64,000 bases of DNA from Lama glama (lineage: Eukaryota). This document shows positions 38,229-50,539 of the stretch, one piece after another. The translations under genes were made by a program, and so were the position numbers. The stretch is taken from positions 101,124,001-101,188,000 of the forward strand of contig CM052817.1 of the NCBI GenBank assembly GCA_028534125.1, in the 5' to 3' direction. Position 1 is the stretch's first letter. The number at the start of each line of letters is the position of its first letter. The notes beneath the pieces were generated by a model. The model worked only from the letters and a program-made list of their open reading frames with translations, was not told the DNA's origin and ran no database searches.

Positions 38229-40015
38229 AACCCCACATTGTTTTATACCTTCCGTGCCCAGTGTCACTGCCCTGGTTCAGGCTTTATGGCTTTGTGCTTC
38301 TACTGCAACAGGGAGGGGAAAGGGTGTCCAGGAGAAGGCCCCACCCTGAAGTCCGACCCCTGGCTCTGCCCCTTCCTACCTGCAGGGCCCCAGGCAGAGT
38401 GCTCACCCCTCCCAGAAACCACAGCACTTCCTGCCAGCATGGAGGTGATTCTCTCTGCCTTACAAGGTTTCTGTGAGGATCAGAGTTAAGTATATGAAGT
38501 ACTTGAACCACAACGGGTGCTCAGTAAATGGGCTCTGAGAGTCAATTGCTTCTGAAGGGGGCTTCCTAACCCCAGCCTCTGCTCTGAAGCCTTTTCTTTG
38601 AATCTCCATCACCCACAAAGCCTCAGCTGCTGGGATTCAGAGCTCTGGAGATTCCTTATCAATTTACTCAAAGAAATTTACCCCAAACTCTCAACTTCCG
38701 ACAAAGGGGTCCATTCACTGTGCTTCAAACAGGCCTGAGCTGTCCCACCTCCACACTTCGGTGGGGCTCTCCTTCCTGGAAACCTCTCTCCTCCTGTACA
38801 CGAATCCCGCCCAGGCTTCCATCTCAGCCTTATCTCTCCATTCTGTAAAGTCTCCTGAACCCTCTCCACCAACAGGGATCCTTACAGTCTTCCAGTAATG
38901 AACCAACTAATTTCCATTGCTTGATGGTTCCACACGTGGGGAACTATTAAAATGCAAGGTTTGTGACGATCTAGCTTTTTGTGTGTTCCCGTGCTTTCTC
39001 ACGTTAGAGCGTAAGTTGCTTGAGGACAGTGGCGCTACCTTACCAAGCTTGCCTCACATTACTAGAGGCTCCAAAAACAGTCAGCCCAAAATATTTGGTC
39101 TCCTCTTCAAGCATATCTTAAAAAGGCTCTTCTCTTAAACCTCATGCCCACCTTTAGAGGGTTCTTCTGGTGTTGGCAGAAATGGAGGGTAATTTCACAC
39201 GGATTCAACAGGGGAGCCGGGAGAGAGAGGTCAAGGCGTCCAGGCATTGAGAAAATTCCTATAAACAAGAATAAAGGCAATCAGACACTAATATTTTAAT
39301 TAATAATTTTAGTGGCTTATCCAAAATAATCCTTCTGATTTGGGAGGATTAAATTCCACTTGACAAAACTACCAATCCATGTGGAAAGATGTCTCACGTG
39401 CTGCTCTTGGAGTTACAGCAGGGCCTGGTGGGACAGGAGGGGTCATCCGGCAAAGGGCCCAGCTGGTGGGAGCTGCTGTCCCCAGGCCGGCGAGACAGCC
39501 CTGCACCAGGCGCCAGCCTTCTAAAACCAACAACCATCTGGAATAATTTCAAACCTAAAAAGAAGTTATGCGCACAGGAAAAGTACGCAGTACACTCCCA
39601 CAGACCCTTTAATTAGATTTACCTTTTCTTGCCCATTTTATTATTTGTGCTCATTCTCTCTCTCTTTTTTTTTTTCTGAACTATTTGGAGAGTAAATGAC
39701 ATCTATTAAGGTCCCTTACTCAATACTGAAATGTGTATTTCCTAAGAATAGCTCTATTTTCATGCATGACTACAGTAGAGTTATAAACTTTACTAAATCA
39801 AACATTGATACAGTTCTTTTACCTAATCTACCAAGTGTTCTCCAGTTTTGTTAACTGGCTCAATAATGTTGATAGCATCTCCCCATCCCTTGTAAGATGC
39901 AGTCTAGGATCAAGGAGTGCATTTAGTGGTCATGTTCCTTTAGTCTCCTTTATTCTGAATATGTTCACAGTTTATCTTTTGTAACATCAACAACATTTAT
40001 AAGGAACACAGTTCC

Positions 40016-40376
40016 TTTTTTTTTTTTTTTTTGATGGTGGCAGGATGGTTTATTAAGCTGTGTCTTAGCACAGGCGCTGGGGATTTCCCATGGTGCTTTT
40101 AATGTACAAAGTTCAGATGTTCTGCCAATTTTTCTTGAGCAGTGACACCAGGAAGTTGACAGCTAAATGGATGTTGTACACAAGGTCATCATCTGTCATC
40201 TTCACGTGGCCAATAGCCACTGCCACATATGGCACTGTCTTCATCTGGAACTTGATCATGGACTTCACTCGTCAACTTTGGCCACCATGTCCTCATTGTG
40301 GGTCAGCAAGGAGGGGAATGAACTTGTCAGCCTTATTCAGACCTAGGCCCAGGATTTCTGGGATCTGCTTGATCAG
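40016..40376 (-). pseudogene. RPL10A: RPL10A (uL1) processed pseudogene, 5'-truncated
   Basis: The minus strand reads [100 protein letters not shown], matching the RPL10A C-terminal half. No introns, two frameshifts, an in-frame TGA, AATAAA (40049-40054), poly(A) (40016-40032) and TSD ACAGTTCCTTT (40008-40018 / 40378-40388). Confidence 0.95.
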
Positions 40377-41654
40377 TACAGTTCCTTTGTAAAAAATAAA
40401 ATGTTTATAGGTTGGAAATCCTTAAGAAATCCCACACACAAAAAACTTAGAATGAATAGTTGAATTCAGTAAAGTTGCAGGATTCAAAATCAACACACAA
40501 GAATCAGTTGTGTTTCTATACACTAACAATGAGTAATGTGAAAAGGAATGTAAGAAGCAATTCCACTTACAATAGCATTAAAAATAATAAAATACTTAGA
40601 AATAAACTTAACCAAGGAGGTTTCACTAAGAAGATGAAAGACACTAAAAACTACAAAACATTGTTTAAAGAAATTGAAGACATATGTAAATGGAAAAACA
40701 TTTAATATTTATGGATTGAAAGACTTAATATTGTTAAAATGTCATACTACCCTAGAGGATCTACAGATTCAATGAAATCCCTATCAAAATCTCAATGGTA
40801 TTTTTTGCAGAAATAGAAAAATCTATCTTAAAGTTCATATGGAATCTCGAAGGATGCCAAATAGCCAAAATAATCTTGAGGAAAGAAAACGAAGCTGGAG
40901 GCCTCACACTTCCCAATTTCAAAGCATATTACAAAGTCACAGTTATCAAAACAGTGTGGTGCTGGCACAAAGGCAGACATATAGCCCAGTGAAACAGAAC
41001 AGAAAGACCAGAAATAAGCCCTCACATATATGGTCAACTGATCTTCAGGTGCTAAGGTTACACAGTGGAGAAAGCCCAGTCTCTTCGACAAATGATGTTG
41101 GGAAAACTGGACATCCACGTGCAAAACAATGAAGTTGGACCCTTGCCTTACACCATATACAAAACTTAATTCAAAACAGATTAAAAACCTAAATGTAAGA
41201 CCTGAAACCAAGAAACTCTTAGAAGAAAACAGGGGGAAAGCTTCATGAGATTGGATTTGGCAATGATTCCTTGAACATGACACTAAAAGTAACAAAAGGC
41301 AACAAAAGCAAAAATATACAAATGGTAATATATCAACTTTAAACATTTCTATACAGCAAAGGAAATAATCAACAGATTGAAAATGCAACCTATAGAAAGG
41401 GAAAAAATATTTGTAAACTGTATATCTGGTAAGGGGTTGACATCCAGAACATATAAAGAACTCATGCAACTCAACAACAAAAAGCAAACAATCCAATTTA
41501 AAAACGGACAAAACGACTTGAACAGACATTTGTAGAAAGATATACAAATGGTCAACAAGCACATGAAAAGATGCTCAACATCAATTAATATCAGGGAAAT
41601 GCACATCAAAGCCACAATGAGATATCCCCTCATACCATGAAGATGGCCACTATC

Positions 41655-41750
<96 letters not shown>

Positions 41751-41803
41751 GAAAGAGAGAAAGAAAGAGAGAAAGAAAAGAAAGAAAGAGAAAGAAAGAA
41801 GGA

Positions 41804-41899
<96 letters not shown>

Positions 41900-41925
41900 A
41901 GCAAGGAAGGAAGGAAAGAAAGAAA
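41655..41925. repeat. (GAAA)n microsatellite
   Basis: Direct tandem repeat with GA and GGAA interruptions. Confidence 0.99.
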
Positions 41926-42097
41926 TATTGGCAAAGATGTGGAGTAAAGAGAACACTTTGTGCAGTGGTGGTGGGGATGTAAAATGCTGCAGCCACTATG
42001 GAAAACAGCATGGTGTTTCCTTGAAAAATTATAAATAGAACTACCATATGATTCAGCAATCCCACTTCTAGGTATATAGCAAAAAAAAAAAAAAAAG

Positions 42098-42186
42098 TGA
42101 GGTGGGGTGGGTGTAGCTCAGTGGTAGGAGACGTGCTTACCATGCATGAGGTCCTGGGTTCAAACCCAAGTACTTCCATTTAAAAA
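42098..42186 (+). mobile_element. tRNA-derived SINE (Vic-1-like) nested in L1
   Basis: 'gtagctcagtggtagg...gaggtcctgggttcaaacccaagtacttcca'. Confidence 0.9.
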
Positions 42187-43094
42187 TATGCAGAGGGAAT
42201 AGAACAACTAGAAAAGCAAGGTCTTGAAGAAATATTTGCACATCCATGTCCATAGCAGCATTATTCACAATAGCCAAGAGACTGAAGCAACCTAATATCC
42301 ATCAGCAGATGGATCCAATGGCCCCACTCATTGCTGATGTGAGTTTTGGTGAAGACATGGTCTTATTTCTCCACTGGATGAATACTCTGCCTCCTCTGTC
42401 ACTCATGGGCAGTCCGTGAGGAGACATTTTGAGACTAAAAATATCCCATTTCTTACCAAAACGTCCCTTAAAGTTAGCATCCACTGAGCCATTCTTGTCT
42501 GCATATGTCTTCATTATGATGGCTCAAAAGTGATGATTTTTCAACATGAAAAATTTTCAAACAGCTTCAACCAGGATTTCCTTCACATTTATTGACTGGC
42601 ACTGGGTGTTCCACTATAAGCAAAAGCCCTTCTCATTCATTCACTCATTCACTTATCTGTTTATAATTGGCATGTCCTCATAGATTCCTATTTTTTTTTT
42701 TAATGATCTAGAATTCACTACTGTCCTCCATCATTTTCATGCTTAAACTGTTCCAGAAAAGGCCGGTGAGAGCCCCTCCCAGCTGCTCCTCCGTCTTTGT
42801 GCTCCATCATTGTTTGAGCCACTGTTTACTTTCTGGCACCACAAAATGTTTAACATCTTTTAAAATCTTGGATGAAATCAAGAGAGAGAGAGGGAGGAGA
42901 AAAGGAAAGAAGAGGAAGGAAGGAGGATGCCAGGGGAAGAGAGAGAGAGATGAGGAGGCACACTGTGGCAGGAACTCCCACGCACCGGCCCCTCCGAGAG
43001 GCATGGCGGGGCCCCCCAGCTCGTCCCAGCGAGCAGAGCCGCGGCCGGGGGAGACCAGGTGGACTCTGGCTGCTGGGCCCTTGGAGGGAACAGG

Positions 43095-43620
43095 CTTTGT
43101 GTGTTGGTCATGACTCTGTCAGATGCAAATAATGGAAACTCAACTCAAAACAGGAGAGAGAGAATGATTGAGAATGCGTGGGCTTACAAGACTGAAAATG
43201 ATGATGCTTCAACAAAACCTCATTCCGTTTCTAACAAAGCTGGGTCTGGTTGCTTCAACAGATGCCAGAAATCCATCCACCCACCCATCCATCAGTCAAT
43301 CTCTCTGTCTTTGTCTCCCCCATCTCTCCCTCCATCTCTCTGTTCTGCTTGGCTTCAGCCTGCATTGGCTTTATTCTTGGTCAGCCTCTCCTCCCAAGTC
43401 TCAGAGGTGCCCCGGCCAAGGTGCTGTTCATCCTACAGGTTTGGCAGCCCCAGCAGAAACAGAGCACCTGTTTCCTGATGGTGGTGACAACAGTCTCAGG
43501 AGTGTCCCTGGCTGGCTGGCGCCTGAACCAGGCACTGTGCTGGGAGTGGCCATCCTCTCATTGGTCAGTCTTGGTCTGTGTGCCCCACCTCAGGGCACAA
43601 AGTCTGGGTGAGCTCCCCGA
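43095..43620 (-). mobile_element. Old MaLR LTR (MLT1J/K-like)
   Basis: 'gactctgtcagatgcaaataatggaaactcaactcaaaacagg', 'ttggctttattcttggtcagcctctc', 'cattggtcagtcttggtctgtgtgccc'. Confidence 0.5.
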
Positions 43621-43845
43621 GACCACACAGGCTGAGAATGGAGGGAGGGGCAGTTCCCCAAAGAGACCTTCAAGGACTTTTACCGAAACGGAGGAAAGGC
43701 TGATGCGAGATTCACCGTGTGTGGAACAGGGGGCACTGGTCCCAAATTTTGGCTTTGAGATGCACGGATAAACCACAGCCCAGCCTCTTTGTGGTGACAA
43801 CCTCTCTCCCTCTACACAAGGCCCCTTACAAGAAAGGCAACCTTG

Positions 43846-44123
43846 TGCTCTACAGCAGAAACTTATTGTTTATCTAACTTATATGTAGTAGCTAGTATCT
43901 GCAAATCTCAAATTCCCAATTTATCCCTTCCCGCCTGCTTTCCCCTCTGGCAACCATTAGTTTGTTCTTTATGTCTGTGAGTCGGTTTCTGTTTTGTATA
44001 AAGAATATGAAAAGGAAAACATGTATGCACATGGATGAAACTTTATGCTGAACACCAGAAACTGACACAATATTGTAAACTGACTATACTTCAATTTTTT
44101 AAAAAAGGACTTAAAAAAAAGGA
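43846..44123 (+). mobile_element. Short L1 3' end with 5' inversion (twin priming)
   Basis: Antisense L1 3' UTR at 43846-~43998 joined to the sense L1 terminus and A-tail at ~43999-44123. TSD AAGAAAGGCAA(C/A)CTTG at 43830-43845 and 44124-44139. Confidence 0.85.
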
Positions 44124-44259
44124 AAGAAAGGCAAACTTGAACTCTTCACCCTGAAGACCGAGGTCTCTGTCCATCTGACTTGCTCCTGTCCCAGGAAGAG
44201 CTGGTGGCCAGCCGCTCCTCTCCAGCAGGGACAGGAGCAGGGCACTGACCCAGGAGCAC

Positions 44260-45340
44260 AGAGGACGGGGGAGCCCTAGCACTCGCGGGGTGGCTCTCTC
44301 CCTCTGGACAGCTCCGGTTTCATCACTTTCCCTCGGCCCCGCGGGCCCCACAGGGAAGTGTCTGTCACCCACGGGTGACGTGTTACGTCACAGCAGGTGG
44401 CATTCGGGCGCGCCATGCACATAAGCTGCCAGGAAAGCTCTGGCAACCTGCTTATCTGGACGCCACCCTCGCTGAGTAAAGGATCATTATCAGAATTATT
44501 CATACAGAATTCTAGCAGTGGGAAGTCTGCACAGCAGCCATTACATCACCCTCATTTTAGTCACTCCGTGCAGCTTGAACCTCAAAGGAGCCTGCCCTCC
44601 CCCTCCATCCTCCCCCTCCCCTCCCCCTCCTTCCCCCTCCCCTCCCCCCTTCCCGCCCTTTTCCTGGTACCACAGCAGCCTCTCCCTGCCCCCGCCCACC
44701 GGCCCCGAGGGAGAAGCTACATCAGGTCTGCCTCAGGCTTGGTCTCTCCTGCTGCCTGGGGTCTGTTTTCTGACTTACGCACCAGGAGGCCTCTGCCAGG
44801 GCAGGGCCTGGGGTGCTNNNNNNNNNNNNNNNNNNNNNNNNNNNNNNNNNNNNNNNNNNNNNNNNNNNNNNNNNNNNNNNNNNNNNNNNNNNNNNNNNNN
44901 NNNNNNNNNNNNNNNNNCTGTAGACCCACCGAAGCGCTCCCCAGCTCGCTCACTCGCAGCCGGCCGCGGTCCCCACCCACCCCCCCTGCACCTCCTCGCC
45001 AGGCACACACAGATCCCGGTGCAAAACCCAGCCAGCTCCACCGAGGAGCTGTGGGAAAGGGGCGGGAGCGGCGAATGTGGTCAACGAGGGGGGTGCAAAG
45101 GCGTGGGCGCCTTCCCTAGACTGTCCAATAACGACACCTAACAATCGGGTGCCCTCAACTCCAAGGCTGGGGGCCGGGGGGAGATGAAGGTTTATGGGGA
45201 AGGGAGAGATCTCTGTAGCTTATGTACTGATTTACTCTTAAAATGGGTTTCAAATCCCTAGCTGTGTATACACGCTTTCAAACAATGCTTCCGAGCCGAG
45301 GGCACTTCCCCACCCCCAGCTCTGGGCGCAGCTGCTCCAG
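44260..45340. promoter_or_regulatory. GC/CpG-rich candidate promoter or enhancer spanning a 100-N gap
   Basis: CRE-like TTACGTCA (44383-44390), GC box GGGGCGGGA (45059-45067), CCAAT (45125-45129), (CCCCT)n tract ~44594-44655, and minus-strand donor GTAAGT (44773-44778). Confidence 0.5.
44818..44917. other. Assembly gap (100 N)
   Basis: Run of N. Confidence 1.
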
Positions 45341-45609
45341 AAAACATTGACTTAGGAATGTGACGACTGTGACCTGTTGCCCAAAAGCAGGGTCTTGGTC
45401 CAGTAACACTTCTACGTTTCAAGCGGGCTAGATGTTCCCCTGGTTCTTAGGGGCCCAGAGCCCAGGGCTGGAAGGGATTCTGGACTGTGTCCAGCCAACT
45501 TCTCATCACCCAGAGGAAGAGAGGGGCTACCCAAGGACACGGCTGTCCCGAGAGCACCCAGGGCTCGACTCCATGCAGCCACTTCCCGGCATCTCAGCCT
45601 GGGGGTGCA

Positions 45610-45957
45610 CCCAACAGAAGTGTATTGTCCCCCAGTTCTGGAGGCTGGAAGTCCAAGATCAAGGTGTCAGCAGGGTCGGTTCCTTCTGAGGGCCATGAGG
45701 ACACGCTGCTCCTGGCCTTCTCCTTGGCTTGTAGAGGGACATCTTCACCTTCACCAGGCATTCTCCCCGTGTGGCCTGTGTCCAAACGTCCCCTTTGTAC
45801 TGGGATGTCAGTCATGTAGGGTTAGGGCCACCCTACTGACTTCATTTTCATTTGATTACCTCTATAAAAGCCCTGTCTTCAATTCTGAGGTACAGAGTGG
45901 ATAAAAAGCCTACATAAATTTTATTTTTTGGTGGCAGGAAACATTCAACCTACAGCA
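45610..45957 (-). mobile_element. MaLR LTR fragment (MLT1B/C-like)
   Basis: 'caacagaagtgtattgtcccccagttctggaggctggaagtccaagatcaaggtgtcagcagggtcggttccttctgaggg'. Confidence 0.85.
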
Positions 45958-47974
45958 CCCCGGTTCCCTTGACCTTTCATCCGGTTTTGTCTCTGCTCTC
46001 CAGGTAGTGCCTTGGCACTGACACCGTATAATTTTTCTGTCAAACCCTTTCAGCAGCCAGATACTTTTAACAAATTCTCACGTCCATGGCTTATGGGGAA
46101 ATTCTTAAAATCTGACAAGTCGTGAGATCAGAAACCCCAGCTTTCTTTCCTTCAAAGTCTCAGGGCCATGGGTTGCCCCAGGCTGGAAAGCGTTTGGAGC
46201 CACCGCCTGAACTGGGGGCTACAGGCTGCAGGCTCTCTCCTCCAGTTCCCCTCGGCCCCACTCTGAGCTGCTCGGTGGCGTGGACTGCATGTCCCTGCGG
46301 GAGCTGGAGACCAGCAGGTGGCCGTGAGGCTGTCTGTGCTCAGGGTATTCTAGCTAAAAGGCACAGAGCAACCTTGTGGTGCCCTGTCTGCTACTGTCCT
46401 CTTTACCTCCAGTGAGCTGACATCCAGGTGCTTCTGGCCTCTCGAAGCACATGAACCTGCTGATCATCTGGCCTTTGGTCTTTGCAAATGGGGATGCATC
46501 GGGGACCACCTCGAGCTCTCACTAACATCCAAGCAAGTGACTGATGAGAGAGTAGCCCTCATTTCTACCTTTCCTAGTCCCAGACCAGGATGAGCCAGAC
46601 AATTTGTGCATAAGAAAACTCCCCGGCTCAGCTGCAGGTTCAATTCCTCCCTCCGCCCCCCTGGCCTCCCCGCCCCCTCCTCCAACTCGTTTCTCCTGAT
46701 CTCTGAGGTGAACAGCTCCTTCTGAGCTGGGTTCCTGTTTCATCTTCTTCCTGTTAATTAACATGAAGTACCCGTTTCTGAGAAGTGCCCAACTCTTTAT
46801 TTCAGAACAGGCAAGTCTGAGCACAGCACTCCCAGCCACAGGGGGAGAAAGATGTGGTAAAGGTGCTTGGCTCATCTGGACCAGAGCCACGAGTGCTGGG
46901 GTTCCAGCAGCAGGGAAGAGGGTGTTCATTTTTAGGACACAAAGTTCAGGTCTCAGGGTCCCTCCTGGAGGGCCAGCTCACCCACACACAAAGCAGGGGT
47001 CTTCCAGAGATGGAAAGTGCTTCAAGCAGTGTCCACTGCCCATGGCCACTTTTACAACGTGGAACATTACTCAGAGCAGGGGGGACCTACCCAAAGACAC
47101 GGTCCCCCCAGAGAATACTCAGGGGTAGACACTGTTGCTTGTTTTCCAGGGCTGCCTTTACAAGGTTAAACAGTAAAACTACACTGTTAGAAATTCTATC
47201 CTTTGGCTCATACAGGTTTCATGAAGTCTCTTTAAAAATGAAAATACTCGTAGATTATTTTACCACAGCAAGCAAGACTCTTCAGAATTGGGACACAAAG
47301 TTCCCACCTTGGTCAGGATGGGCTATTGCAGGGATTTAGGGAGAGAAGTGCCCGGAGTGAGGGCAAGGGTCACTGGGAAGGGATTTTTGCTCAGGGAGAG
47401 CCTTGCTCTGTGGTTACCCATCAATAAATATCGAGTTCTGGTCATTTTAGTCCCTGCCATCTACAAAAGAGGACAAAGGCCAGCTTGTGGTCAGGGAGCC
47501 CATGGAAGGAGTGGAATTGGGAGAAGTGAAGTCCACAAAGTATTCGTCTTGTAAAAACGGTCTTTTGTCAGTGAAAGAAGTTTTCAATGAGAAGGGGAAC
47601 CTAATAGACTCTTTTTTTTTTTTCCTATTTTATTGCAGAACATTCATGGGAAAAAAAAATCGGAGTTTCTCAGGCTTTTTTTTTTTTTTTTTCTCTCAAG
47701 AGCCCTCACAACCAACAGGGGAAAGCATCACAACCCAAATGACACTTTCTTTTTCTCAGAGTGAAAGACTTCAAAGGGGAGTGTCCCCCTGGGCTGCGTG
47801 ATTAGGGTGTTGTTATAAAACTTGGGGCCGAGGGCCTTCAACTGGGGAAAAGCTTTCTGTGGACGTGTGGGCATCCCAGGCTTTCACAGGTGATCCAGAC
47901 TGGCTTCCTACAAATCCGAAGACCCGGCTCCATCGCGCGAGGAATCTGCATCTGAGACAAAGCTTTATAGGGAA

Positions 47975-47993
47975 TGACCACCAGATGGCGTCT
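47975..47993 (+). promoter_or_regulatory. CTCF motif
   Basis: TGACCACCAGATGGCGTCT matches the core CCASYAGRKGGCR. Confidence 0.6.
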
Positions 47994-49661
47994 TGGCTCG
48001 CCTCAAGTTAATACTCCGGCTTCCTTTGTTCTCTTGGCTCTTGAGAACTGACATTTCACGGGAAGCACAGACTATGCCAGGGATGATGGTGGGACCAAAG
48101 GAGCCCCAAGTATGATTTTATTGGTTCAGCCTGACAACATTCCCAGCTCGTACATGGGGGCAGTCCTAGACAGTGACCCAGGGCGAACATAAGTGCAGTT
48201 TCTTCACCCAGTGGATGCAAAGATTAAAGTCGTATCAGTTCCCAACATGTATTTGGACCTGACTCAGTGTTAATTGCTCCCACCAAGCATGTTGATGCTG
48301 GATTCATAGCTGATTTCTCGCTCTTGGGGTGTTTGGGTGACCTGGCTAGAGGGGGAAGTAAACTCTGTTCTTGTGGGACCGTCTTTACAAACCACACTGA
48401 CTTCCCAAATAAATCATCAGTTTAATTTTTTTTAATTATCTTTTTGGAGACAGAAATGATTTTTTTCTTTTCCAGTGGGAGGAGGAAACAGGAATCCAAG
48501 TAGGAAAACTCAGTTCTAAATGAGCATAAGTGAACTTCATAATTTTTTTTTCTTTAGCAGATATTTTTACGCTTTTCCCAAAAATCCCAGTTAGCCAGGA
48601 TAACTGGCCTAACTTTTCTGAGTTACTAGATCTCCCACAGATGCTTCCAGAATCTGGAGAGGGGATGCACGGTAGGGGGAGGAGTAATCAATTATGACTT
48701 TGGGACTTGGGATCCTGTCCCTTCATGAAGACCCTGTTTACCTCCCTGAACTACGTGTTCTCTCCTTGGAAATGTTTGCTATCTGGCTGTCCCTGCAAGT
48801 TTTGTGATGTAGCACACGTGCACACCCAGGAACCTTAAGCAGTGCATCAAGAAGGAAGAATCCTTGTCTCCGTCTTTCCCTTTCATTTTCCAGGTCCCTA
48901 GGCCCCCATGCCCCATGTCTGTCCTCCAGGGTTTATCTCAGAGCGTGGAGACAAAGCAGAAGATGGTCAGACCGGCCAGCTTGCCATTGACTCCACCAGA
49001 AAGGAAGAGTCAACCCAACAAGGACAATTCCAGTAACTTACCAGTGCCTGGGGTTGTCAGAGAAGAGCGTGGTCAGACCATCCACGCTTCTGTCACTTAG
49101 AAGATGCTATTTGCAGACTTGCAACCCGTTTCCGTGGGCAGAAAGTTCCTGGCTGGGCTTCTGTCACAAATCATGCCTCCATCTTTCACAAGCACAGTCC
49201 ATTTTATGTTCACACTTACAAATTGGTATCCTGGACAGAGGCTTCACAGGGATTTCAGAGAGTGGGTTTGAGTGTGCTATTCAGCAATTCTCTTTTATTG
49301 ATGGAGAGCATCCATCTTGGTATGGTAACCGTCTACTTCCTGAGTGCTGATTCTGACATACAGTTCGCAGGAAACATAAAGGTGCCTCCAAAGCAGTAAC
49401 AAGAGCTGGAGGCTTGAGCCCCCCGGTCTCCTGTCTTACCTGTCCTCTAAGAGCAGGGGTGGTGCAGCTGATGGAAATATGCCCAGAGGAGTCAGATCAA
49501 CTGCTTAAACTCTTGGCTCTGCTACATGGGCGTTGTGTGACTTTGCAGTGATTCCTCTTGGGAACAAGTTTCCACTCCATTCCCACGCCACAGTCAGAGA
49601 CGGTTCAGGGGGCAAGCAGGTCTTGGCCCCGAAGCCCTGGCAACCAGATCGGATGGTCTGC

Positions 49662-49681
49662 TATGCGCCACCTGGTGGTTG
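49662..49681 (-). promoter_or_regulatory. CTCF motif
   Basis: The reverse complement CAACCACCAGGTGGCGCATA is a near-consensus CTCF core. Confidence 0.65.
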
Positions 49682-49819
49682 CTAGAGGTAAAGCAGCTTC
49701 CTCGGGAGAACAGCTTTTGGAGCAAGAGGCACTTTTTAAATGATTTAATCTTGCCTCTTTACTCTCACTGGAGGAAATGCAGGCTTAGAGAGGATGACGG
49801 GCTTGTCGGAGTTCTCACG

Positions 49820-50035
49820 GTAGTAGAGTGTGGTGGTTAAGAACAAGCATTCTGGCGTCTCTGTGTCTGAATCCGGCCTTGGCAGTCAGGAACTAGTGTA
49901 ACCTTGGGCAAGTTCTGTAACTTCTCAGTGATCAGCTTTCTTATCTAAGTGAAGGAAATCAGGCTCACTACCTCCAGGGTTTTTAAGATGACATTAGCCA
50001 AGGCATGTGGAAGTGCTTAGCACAGTTCCGGAACA
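49820..50035 (+). mobile_element. MIR SINE
   Basis: 'gtgtggtggttaagaac...gtgtaaccttgggcaagtt...aagtgcttagcacagttccgg'. Confidence 0.75.
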
Positions 50036-50539
50036 CTTTCTCTTACAGCAATTTATCTGTGGTCCCTACACTGGATAACACTTATTTGACCTGAAAGTAG
50101 GAAAATGAAGAATCTCAAAGACCATGGAAGAAGGCAGCTACAGATATTTGGCTTTCAGACAGAATATTGGACTTCGGTCAATGGGAGTGACCTTTAGCTG
50201 CTTCCGTGGGGCAAATTCATTACCACAGATTAAAGGTCCTGGGTGCTCTATCGATATTCGTTAGATGAGTGAAGTTCCCTGAGCACGGAGCTCGTGAGCA
50301 GGGGTGGTCCTTATCTCAGAAGAGAGACATAGGAAAGTGAACTCAGAAAGTTTCATTTTACAGTGTCCACTGTGGCCCAAAGACCAGCCGCCATCACTTT
50401 GGCTTCTCTGTTCCTGGAGCGGTGACATTTACAAAGCCCACTCCCTTACCGCTGCAGACACCATGTTTGTGAAATAAGTGTAGAAGGCTTCATCCTTTCT
50501 GTGACTGATCTGCCAGTTCTGTTGAAAATAGGACAAGTT

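Larger units (their letters stand above)
40400..42312 (+). mobile_element. L1 ORF2 3' half (L1MB/L1MA-like), interrupted by (GAAA)n and a SINE
   Basis: Peptide [57 protein letters not shown] (40795-40992) is L1 ORF2. Multiple frameshifts. Confidence 0.93.
39530..42860 (-). mobile_element. Old L1MC4/5-like 3' end hosting the RPL10A retrocopy and a plus-strand L1
   Basis: Host sequence at ~39530-40010 and ~42320-42860 ('gtgtatttcctaagaatag', 'gcatttagtggtcatgttcctttagtctcc', 'ttactttctggcaccacaaaatgtt'). Confidence 0.55.

Noticed and set aside
40065..40376. Functional RPL10A gene copy
   Set aside because: 5'-truncated, two frameshifts and an in-frame stop, with poly(A) and TSD.
40828..41562. 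244-aa minus-strand ORF
   Set aside because: Antisense reading of decayed L1 ORF2.
41349..42179. Long FLSF/KERK ORFs (also at 50568-51161)
   Set aside because: Translations of (GAAA)n microsatellites, SINE and L1 sequence.
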